Below are positions 28,254 to 34,391 of a DNA stretch of 34,391 bases, one piece after another. Below the pieces are notes generated by a model. That model did no database searches. It was not told the DNA's origin and worked only from the letters and a program-made list of their open reading frames with translations. Both the position numbers and the translations under genes were made by a program. Position 1 is the first letter of the stretch. Each line of letters starts with the position of its first letter. This DNA is from Ignavibacteria bacterium (GTDB taxonomy: Bacteria; Bacteroidota; Ignavibacteria; Kapaibacteriales; UBA2268). Location: positions 1-34,391 of the forward strand of contig JBBISM010000002.1 of NCBI GenBank assembly GCA_037441245.1, written 5' to 3'.

Positions 28254-29197
28254 CAAGGCTTGCGACCAAATGAAACATTTGTATTTACACCATATTTTCT
28301 AATTTGCTTGATTAGCTCGTTTATATTTTTCAAAGATGTATCTAATTGTGCGGTAAATGCTTTATCATAAATAAGTTTCGATGCTAATCCATCGCCTTTG
28401 CGGATATTTTCTGTAATATCCTTTAAGTCCATTATCATACTATCTGCTTTTGCAATAGTTTGATTAGTTTGCTTGATTAATAAATTTGTATTCTCGGTGG
28501 TTTCTTCGAATTTTTCGACTAAATTATTAATTTTTTGTTTATTATCTGAGATTAAAATTCTAATATCTAAACTCAAAGTTTTCAGATTTTGAATCGTTAA
28601 CTCCAATTGTTTATCATTGTTTTGAATTAATTCATTCAAATTTGAAGCTAATATTTCAGTATTGGTTAATATTCTATTTATACTTGCGACGTTCCCTTCA
28701 TTCATTACTAAATTTAAATTTGTCGCAATTGTATCAATTCTTTTGAATAGCAATACCGCTTCTGAGCTGATATTCCCGAAAATCGCAACTAACTCTGGAA
28801 GGTCTGGTGGAGTTGCTCCAATAATCTCTTGGTTTATTTCGAATGGTTTATCGGATGTGCCAGGCATTATTTCAATTTTCTTCCCACCGGTTAGTTCTAA
28901 AATTGTTATGCGAGCAGTGGCATCGCTCTTTAAATCATCGGTCTTATTAATCGAAGCTGTTATCAAAACAGAGCCATTATCGCTTTGCACTGATAAGACA
29001 ATTCCTCTCTTGACACCATTAACAACCACTGGAGCTGATTGCTCAATACCCCCAGAATTTTGAAATCTCAATTTGATTGTTCGGCTCGATATTGCTTCGT
29101 GGTATCCTCTGCCGAGTGTAATACCAATTATCAGCACTATTACACCCAAAAAGGTAACAATACCAACTTTAATTTCATTAGCTCGTTGGGAACGCAT
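28253..29197 (-). CDS. MlaD/MCE family protein with long C-terminal coiled-coil
   Basis: 314 aa with an N-terminal TM helix (VGIVTFLGVIVLIIGI). The MCE domain contains IKLRFQNSGGIEQSAPVVVNGVKRGIV and ARITILELTGGKKIEI, followed by ~170 aa of N/L/I/K-rich helix. Confidence 0.75.
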   Translation of the reverse strand: MRSQRANEIKVGIVTFLGVIVLIIGITLGRGYHEAISSRTIKLRFQNSGGIEQSAPVVVNGVKRGIVLSVQSDNGSVLITASINKTDDLKSDATARITILELTGGKKIEIMPGTSDKPFEINQEIIGATPPDLPELVAIFGNISSEAVLLFKRIDTIATNLNLVMNEGNVASINRILTNTEILASNLNELIQNNDKQLELTIQNLKTLSLDIRILISDNKQKINNLVEKFEETTENTNLLIKQTNQTIAKADSMIMDLKDITENIRKGDGLASKLIYDKAFTAQLDTSLKNINELIKQIRKYGVNTNVSFGRKP

Positions 29198-29213
29198 AAA
29201 TTATTTCTGATTA

Positions 29214-29693
29214 TTAAAAGTTACTTTTATCATCACCACTTAACAAAAAGTCGTCAGGTTCATCGAACTCACTTGTATCTAAATCCATCTCTAAAGGCAA
29301 ATCAATACTATCGAAATTATCAGCATCCTGGCTCGTTCCAGTAACTTTATTTTTCTTATATTCAAGCATTAACATATTATCAGCAAGAATTTCAACAAAT
29401 ACTTTCTTTTGCCCTGATTTATCATCATAAATACGGGAATGTATCTTACCTTCAATATAAACTTTCGCTCCTTTTTTAACTATTTTGTGGATTACTTCTG
29501 CTAATCCCCTCCAGGCTACAATTGTATGCCATTCGGTATGTTCCTGCACATTACCATCCCTATCTTTCCACGTTTCAGTCGTTGCTAATCTAAATGTTGA
29601 AACCGGTATTCCACTCGGTGTATATTTTATCTCGGGATCTTTTCCGACATTTCCGATAAGCATCGCTTTGTTCAAAGTTCTGGTCATTCTCAT
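29214..29693 (-). CDS. ssb: single-stranded DNA-binding protein
   Basis: OB-fold signature LNKAMLIGNVGKDPEIKYTPSGIPVSTFRLATTE...TEWHTIVAWRGLAE. The tail is acidic and ends in Phe. Confidence 0.9.
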   Translation of the reverse strand: MRMTRTLNKAMLIGNVGKDPEIKYTPSGIPVSTFRLATTETWKDRDGNVQEHTEWHTIVAWRGLAEVIHKIVKKGAKVYIEGKIHSRIYDDKSGQKKVFVEILADNMLMLEYKKNKVTGTSQDADNFDSIDLPLEMDLDTSEFDEPDDFLLSGDDKSNF

Positions 29694-29849
29694 AGGGCAC
29701 TCGCTTTACTGTTCATAATTAACATATTATTGTAAACACAAGTTACAAAATTTTTTATCTAATACAAAAAGTTAACTTTTTTTAATCTAAATGATAATAT
29801 ATTATAGGTTCGCACTTGTATTGCATACAAATGAAAAAAGAGGTTGGCA

Positions 29850-30125
29850 TTATTCGATATTTTCCCCTGTTCCTAAATCATAGGAAATGCGTTTAGCTAT
29901 TTCCCTCATAATTTCTGGCTTATCGTAAAACCCATCATTAATCCTTGTCATTATCGGAGATAATCGTTTGGCTCCCTCTGAGATTTCCAACGAATCTGTT
30001 TTTCGTTGGGTAACTTTCTCGTCATTTTGCTGGACTATCTCTTCCTCATATTTCTTTTGCTGAATCTCATAAGGATTACTTGCGGGGAAGATTCGGTTTT
30101 CATTATTCAATGAATCAATACCCAT
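29850..30125 (-). CDS. FlgM-like anti-sigma-28 factor
   Basis: 91 aa. DSLEISEGAKRL and RINDGFYDKPEIMREIAKRI resemble the FlgM C-terminal sigma-28-binding helices. It is the last gene of the flagellar filament operon, and its start overlaps the upstream stop (TAATG). Confidence 0.55.
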   Translation of the reverse strand: MGIDSLNNENRIFPASNPYEIQQKKYEEEIVQQNDEKVTQRKTDSLEISEGAKRLSPIMTRINDGFYDKPEIMREIAKRISYDLGTGENIE

Positions 30126-30481
30126 TATTGCATCTCTTTACTATAAATTAACAATGCTTTATGTTTCGTTATTTTTTTCAATTCCTCAGCAGTATTGTCC
30201 AATTTATTCTTTAATAAGTCTATATTATATTTTTCAAGACGTAGTAATTCTTGATAAATTGAATCCCATTGAATTTGTTGCTTTTTATCTAATTTACTAA
30301 GTCCATTGTTTTCGAGCCATTTCTGTATTTCGACCAATTTATCTGTTCTCTTTTCATAAAATAAATCAAGCTTAGAGAGGGAATCCTCAGCTAATTTATC
30401 TTCTTGATTTAAAATTTCAGAAATAGATTTAGTATCTATTACTATTTCCTCCAACAACTGCAGTTTATCATATCCGGGCAT
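30125..30481 (-). CDS. hypothetical helical protein; possible flagellar export chaperone (FliT/FlgN-like) by context only
   Basis: 118 aa, predicted all-helical and charged. It overlaps flaG by 14 nt at its start and the flgM-like gene by 1 nt at its end. No motif recognised. Confidence 0.45.
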   Translation of the reverse strand: MPGYDKLQLLEEIVIDTKSISEILNQEDKLAEDSLSKLDLFYEKRTDKLVEIQKWLENNGLSKLDKKQQIQWDSIYQELLRLEKYNIDLLKNKLDNTAEELKKITKHKALLIYSKEMQ

Positions 30482-30893
30482 TCGCTAATTGACCTTGTTC
30501 TGTAATTATTCTTGCAATCTTTAAAGCTACTTCAGGGGGTATTTGCCTGATAACTTCCTTAGTTTCATCATTAATTATTTTAATTACCATCTTCTGAGAT
30601 TCAACATCTTTAGTAAATTGAAGATATAAATTGTTATTATTTCGCATTTCATCGAAAATCCCATTTATAACTTCTAATTTTTCATTATCTGCTATATTAA
30701 CTTCTATCCCATCAGAGTTTGATTTTTTCTCGCTAATTTCTTCCTTGATTATACCTTTAAAAGATTGTGTTTCGCTCGAATTTTGACGTATTCCAGTCTT
30801 TAGCTCATCAAAATCGTGAACTACTATTGGAGGAATTCCCTGTGTTGTAAATATCATAACTACCTCCATTTGTTTATAAATAAAATCACACAC
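30468..30893 (-). CDS. flaG: flagellar protein FlaG
   Basis: LQFTKDVESQKMVIKIINDETKEVIRQIPPEVALKIA is the hallmark FlaG C-terminal motif. The true start is probably the internal Met of MIFTTQG, which has GGAGG 5 nt upstream. The track start is a non-ATG codon 12 codons earlier. Confidence 0.8.
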   Translation of the reverse strand: MCDFIYKQMEVVMIFTTQGIPPIVVHDFDELKTGIRQNSSETQSFKGIIKEEISEKKSNSDGIEVNIADNEKLEVINGIFDEMRNNNNLYLQFTKDVESQKMVIKIINDETKEVIRQIPPEVALKIARIITEQGQLANARI

Positions 30894-30915
30894 ACTATAA
30901 TAGCTAAATAGCTCA

Positions 30916-32358
30916 TCACCGATTAGTGAAAGAATTCATAGAATACATTGCATAATTCGAAATTATGCTAAGTTGATTTTGCGCCCGAATAAATAATTCT
31001 AATGATTTCTCATATTCCTTGCGGAGTATATTGGCTTGCTTATCAATTCGAGCTTCTAATTCAGTTTTACGCTTTGCGGTTGCATCAATCTGTTGATTTA
31101 ATGTTTCATTCCTTGAACGTATTAAACCATTATTACCCGTTAAATTTGTTATAACTTTATCTATTTTAGCTGCAAACCCATCCTCTGATGTAAATAGTTT
31201 CGCCACCTTATCAGGATCATCTTTCAAAAAATTTTCAAGTTTTGTTTTATCGCTTAATGATAAAGTACCATCATTATTAATTTTGAACCCAATTTCTGTG
31301 AGTAATGTAGGATAACCTTCATCCAAGCCTTTAACTGCCTGTGATCCTATTGCCCTTAAATTTGCATAAAGTGTGCTCATTGCTGGGTCTTGTCTTTGTA
31401 TTGACTTACTATCCCTGATAAACGACATAATTGAATTATAACTATTAATCAGAGGATTTATCAAGCTCTCCACTTGAGATACATCTATATTTGTAGCAAT
31501 TGAAACAGGTGTTTCACCTGACTCTTGAGATTTTTTTAAAGTAATAGTTAATCCATCAAGCAGGTCATTAATTGTATTACTACTCCGAGTTACAGCAATT
31601 CCATTGATATCAAGCTTAGCATCGAGTTCTTCATAGTTTGAAGTCTTAAATCCAGCTCCTGTACCACTAATAACTGTTCGGGAAGTACTATCAGGATTTA
31701 GTTCATTAGTAATAAAGCCGAGCCTATCGAATACCGATGAATCAGCGAAGCTGATCCTATTTTCTGTTCCAGTTTGCTCTGAATTCAATGATAATCTGAC
31801 AGTATTCGAAGTATCTTTTACCAATGAAGCTCGGACATTTACATTTTCCGTATTATTTATTGCATTAACAATCTTTTGCAGAGCTTGTTGATTCGTTTCT
31901 GTTCCATCGAATTCAACTTGAATGTTTTTTGTTTCACCCCCAATTTGCAGTTGGATTGTTTTTTGACCTGCTGATTCTCCAAATGAATCACTCAAATTTA
32001 ACTGTTTAGATATAAGAATATCATTTTTTGCAATACGCTCAACAAATATCTCATTTACTCCAAGAATGGCATTTTTATTTGCTGAAACTGTCAAAATAGA
32101 ATTATTCGAAGAAGAAACCGCACGAGTATGGAATTGTTGAGATGCATTATCTATTTTAAATTTATCCAAATTTGAGATTAAACTGTTCAGTCGGGTATTC
32201 AAATTATTATAAAACGTCCTCCTCGATTCCAAGCTGTTTTTTTTACTATTTATAGCATCAATACGCGATTGCTGAGTACGTTTGTATGCATCTACCAACA
32301 ATTCCGAATCGGATTTGTTGGTATTATTAGTATTCAATATGCTCGATATATCTGCCAT
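30916..32358 (-). CDS. fliD: flagellar filament capping protein FliD
   Basis: 480 aa with N- and C-terminal coiled-coil FliD segments (IDAINSKKNSLESRRTFYNNLNTRLNSL and LNQQIDATAKRKTELEARIDKQANILRKEY). It lies between fliS and flaG. Confidence 0.85.
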   Translation of the reverse strand: MADISSILNTNNTNKSDSELLVDAYKRTQQSRIDAINSKKNSLESRRTFYNNLNTRLNSLISNLDKFKIDNASQQFHTRAVSSSNNSILTVSANKNAILGVNEIFVERIAKNDILISKQLNLSDSFGESAGQKTIQLQIGGETKNIQVEFDGTETNQQALQKIVNAINNTENVNVRASLVKDTSNTVRLSLNSEQTGTENRISFADSSVFDRLGFITNELNPDSTSRTVISGTGAGFKTSNYEELDAKLDINGIAVTRSSNTINDLLDGLTITLKKSQESGETPVSIATNIDVSQVESLINPLINSYNSIMSFIRDSKSIQRQDPAMSTLYANLRAIGSQAVKGLDEGYPTLLTEIGFKINNDGTLSLSDKTKLENFLKDDPDKVAKLFTSEDGFAAKIDKVITNLTGNNGLIRSRNETLNQQIDATAKRKTELEARIDKQANILRKEYEKSLELFIRAQNQLSIISNYAMYSMNSFTNR

Positions 32359-32369
32359 TTTTTAATTGA

Positions 32370-32720
32370 TTAATCTAAATTAAAGGCAACCAACCAGGTA
32401 TCTCTTAATTCTTGAATAATATAAAGCGCTTCATCATATTTTTTTTGGAAAATACACCTTTGACAATATTCATATAAACGATATAATCTTGTCGCAGTAT
32501 CTTCATATTCAAAATTGAGTGAACCCATTAATTCAATAAGAATTCGACTCATTTTAGTGAGGTCTTTTCTTTTGCAACTTACAATGAAAAGATCATACAT
32601 TTTGAGAACTAATTTTTCTTTCGACCAAGACAGAACCTCCTGTTCAAGATAAGTAGGGAATTTTCCATCTGTTTTATTCCCATAAGCTCTGCTTGCCGCC
32701 AATTGTTGCACCGATGTCAT
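32370..32720 (-). CDS. fliS: flagellar export chaperone FliS
   Basis: 116-aa four-helix pattern: KLVLKMYDLFIVSCK, ILIELMGSLNFEYEDTATRLYRLYEYC, IIQELRDTW. Confidence 0.8.
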   Translation of the reverse strand: MTSVQQLAASRAYGNKTDGKFPTYLEQEVLSWSKEKLVLKMYDLFIVSCKRKDLTKMSRILIELMGSLNFEYEDTATRLYRLYEYCQRCIFQKKYDEALYIIQELRDTWLVAFNLD

Positions 32721-32749
32721 ATCACTTCCTTGTAATATTAATAATCTAT

Positions 32750-32782
32750 GGCAAGGCGAAAAAATCCATACTCCGCCTTGCC
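32750..32782 (-). terminator. GC-rich hairpin between fliC and fliS (candidate partial terminator/attenuator)
   Basis: GGCAAGGCG-N15-CGCCTTGCC forms a 9-bp perfect stem. It starts 49 nt after the fliC stop. On the minus strand it is followed by AUAGAUUAUUAAUAUU. Confidence 0.45.
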
Positions 32783-32830
32783 TAAATCTAAGTCCAAAAT
32801 GTCAAATTCACTCAAAACCATTCAAGGGTA

Positions 32831-33763
32831 TTATCTAAAAAGAGCCAAGAATGATTGTGGATTCTGATTAGCTTGAGCTAACGATATTATTGAGGTTTGA
32901 AGCAAAAATTGTGCCTTAATTAACTCTAATTGCTCCATCGCAACATCTGCATCTTCTATTCTGGATATAGCAGCACCATAATTTGTAATCTGTGATTTTA
33001 GCAATTCTTCTTGTGAATTCAATCGAACTTGAATACCACCAAGATATGATGCAACTTTATTAACATTATCTACTGCTGAAGCTAAACTTGTCAATGTAGT
33101 TGCTATATTAGCTTGGCTGAAGACACCGAGATCACTTGTGCTTACAGTATTTAATGATGCTAGGTCTAACCCTGAAACACCAGCAAAACTGGAAGTTGTT
33201 GTTGCATTGATATCAAAGTTATTGCCGGCAATATTGAAATCACTATTATTAGTGATTAAATCAATGCCTATCTTGAGCAAGTTATTATTAGCTAAGTAAC
33301 CTATTGTCCATTCACCGCTGAATGTACCATCTAATAATTGCTTACCGCCAAACACCGTTGAGTCAACAATAGTTTGTACCTGTTGGGCAAGTCTATAAGC
33401 GCCTTTTGCGAGTGCTATTTTCTCGTCAGTTCCCAAAGCTCCTGATGATGCCGAGGCAGCAGAATCTTTCATCTGAGTCAATAGATTGTTGATATTATCG
33501 AGAGCGTCTTGAGTAATAGCTGTTACGTTTCCAGCGTCGCCGACTGAATTCAAAGCTGTCTTTAATGCTCCACTGCGAGCTCCCAAAGCTCGAGAAGTAA
33601 TATATCCAGCCACATCATCTGCTGCTGAATTAATTCTTTTGCCTGTGGTTAGTCGCAATTGTCTTAATGCTATGTTGTTCGTCGTGCTTTGGAGTGCGTT
33701 ATAAGCGTTTAGTGCTGGAATGTTTGTTCGGATTCTGCTTCCGCCCGAGATTGCTACTGGCAT
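32831..33763 (-). CDS. fliC: flagellin
   Basis: 310 aa. The conserved N-terminal D0/D1 region reads IRTNIPALNAYNAL...LTTGKRINSAADDVAGY. The C-terminus reads RIEDADVAMEQLELIKAQFLLQTSIISLAQANQNPQSFLALFR. A strong SD (AAGGAGG) lies 5 nt upstream. Confidence 0.92.
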   Translation of the reverse strand: MPVAISGGSRIRTNIPALNAYNALQSTTNNIALRQLRLTTGKRINSAADDVAGYITSRALGARSGALKTALNSVGDAGNVTAITQDALDNINNLLTQMKDSAASASSGALGTDEKIALAKGAYRLAQQVQTIVDSTVFGGKQLLDGTFSGEWTIGYLANNNLLKIGIDLITNNSDFNIAGNNFDINATTTSSFAGVSGLDLASLNTVSTSDLGVFSQANIATTLTSLASAVDNVNKVASYLGGIQVRLNSQEELLKSQITNYGAAISRIEDADVAMEQLELIKAQFLLQTSIISLAQANQNPQSFLALFR

Positions 33764-33799
33764 AAAAACCTCCTTGTAATAATTAAATGAAATTTTTCG

Positions 33800-33810
33800 G
33801 GCATCCTGCC
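33800..33810 (-). promoter_or_regulatory. GGA-loop hairpin in the fliC 5' leader (candidate CsrA-type binding site)
   Basis: The minus strand reads GGCAGGAUGCC: a 4-bp stem GGCA/UGCC presenting GGA in the loop. A second GGA lies in the SD AAGGAGG at 33769-33775. Confidence 0.35.
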
Positions 33811-33841
33811 TAAACCATTTTTGAATTCCTATTTAACGGAA

Positions 33842-33868
33842 TATTCGACAATATGAAAATAAACTTTA
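33842..33868 (-). promoter_or_regulatory. sigma-28 (FliA)-type promoter of fliC
   Basis: The minus strand reads TAAAGTTT-N11-GTCGAATA, against the enteric consensus TAAAGTTT-N11-GCCGATAA. The -35 matches 8/8, the spacer is exact, and the -10 matches 5/8 with the CGA core kept. Confidence 0.6.
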
Positions 33869-33877
33869 GACTTTTTT

Positions 33878-34390
33878 TTATTCGAGGTAAATTGGTTCGG
33901 GAACTAACTCTTCAGCGGTTCTTGATAATGGATCTGCATAAAGGATATATGTGAAATCTATTCCATAAAGGCGGGCATAAGTATCTTCTAAGCATTCTAT
34001 TATGATATGTTCTGTGGCTGGTAATTTGGTTTTACCCCAAAAAACTATTTCGCAGTCCACTTTTATTTTTAATAAATCTCCATCATTTTCGAAAATTATT
34101 TTTGTGGGAGTATTGTATTGAGCTTTTAAATTATTGCCGTGTTTGACCAAATTCCCATTATGGCTAATTGAATACCCTTCAGTTGTGAAATCCAATGTAA
34201 TTGATGGATGCTTGGGATAATTGTTAGTAGTCGAACGCAAGGCAAACCTCAATCCTTTTCCACTTTTTAGATTCATTGTAAAGTCTGCACTAAATTGAGT
34301 TAAACTTAATGAACGAAGTGAAACTATAGCACCATCAAATAGCTCGATAGCATTGTCAGCAACGATTTCGACTCCATCTAAATTATTCAT
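33878..34390 (-). CDS. hypothetical protein, possibly 5'-truncated by the window edge
   Basis: A 170-aa open frame reaches the last nucleotides of the window. It is predicted beta-rich and no family was recognised. Its stop lies 10 nt upstream of the fliC -35 element. Confidence 0.5.
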   Translation of the reverse strand: MNNLDGVEIVADNAIELFDGAIVSLRSLSLTQFSADFTMNLKSGKGLRFALRSTTNNYPKHPSITLDFTTEGYSISHNGNLVKHGNNLKAQYNTPTKIIFENDGDLLKIKVDCEIVFWGKTKLPATEHIIIECLEDTYARLYGIDFTYILYADPLSRTAEELVPEPIYLE

Positions 34391-34391
34391 T

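Noticed and set aside
30838-30841. A possible 1-nt frame discrepancy at a C run in flaG. My manual count reads four C residues, which would break the frame given in the ORF track.
   Set aside because: The supplied track translates straight through this point and yields a canonical FlaG sequence. Flanking gene coordinates are consistent. I treat it as my own counting error in a homopolymer rather than a real frameshift. It is worth a quick check by machine translation.
1-34391. CRISPR arrays, transposases or integrases, prophage or defence-system genes, rRNA or tRNA genes.
   Set aside because: I saw no regularly spaced direct repeats. I also saw no DDE, tyrosine- or serine-recombinase motifs and no nuclease/ATPase defence signatures. 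No structured RNA gene signatures turned up on either strand.

Overview
This is a visibly AT-rich bacterial chromosomal window with dense coding on both strands. I found no rRNA, tRNA, CRISPR array or obvious mobile element. The gene content points to a flagellated FCB-group (Ignavibacteriota-like) organism; this is an inference from content, not a database result. The content includes a flagellar filament module, a T9SS-type sorting tail and a futalosine-pathway gene.

Left third (1-9319): a partial secreted protein, an MqnA-family menaquinone gene and a TrmH/SpoU methyltransferase. They are followed by a ~1000-aa IgGFc-binding-type adhesin with a T9SS C-terminal sorting domain, broken by one in-frame TAG. 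After it come an S41 C-terminal processing peptidase, a DUF3108-like protein, a BadF/BadG-type sugar kinase-like ATPase and a STAS protein.

Middle (9531-23242): a 630-aa TPR protein and two overlapping lipoprotein genes, then trkH-trkA on the minus strand. After a 376-bp AT-rich divergent control region comes the most interesting part, a same-strand cluster of unrecognisable envelope genes at 16246-23242. It encodes a 760-aa single-pass membrane protein, two signal-peptide proteins with paralogous barrel-like C-termini, and a vWA-OmpA protein.

Right third (23258-34390, all minus strand): pyrE, an M28 peptidase and a second vWA-OmpA lipoprotein. These are followed by two SAM methyltransferases, an orphan MlaD/MCE protein and ssb. 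The window ends with a flagellar filament module: a near-consensus sigma-28 promoter, then fliC, fliS, fliD, flaG, an unknown gene and a flgM-like gene.

All functional calls come from motif and architecture recognition by eye. No searches were run.
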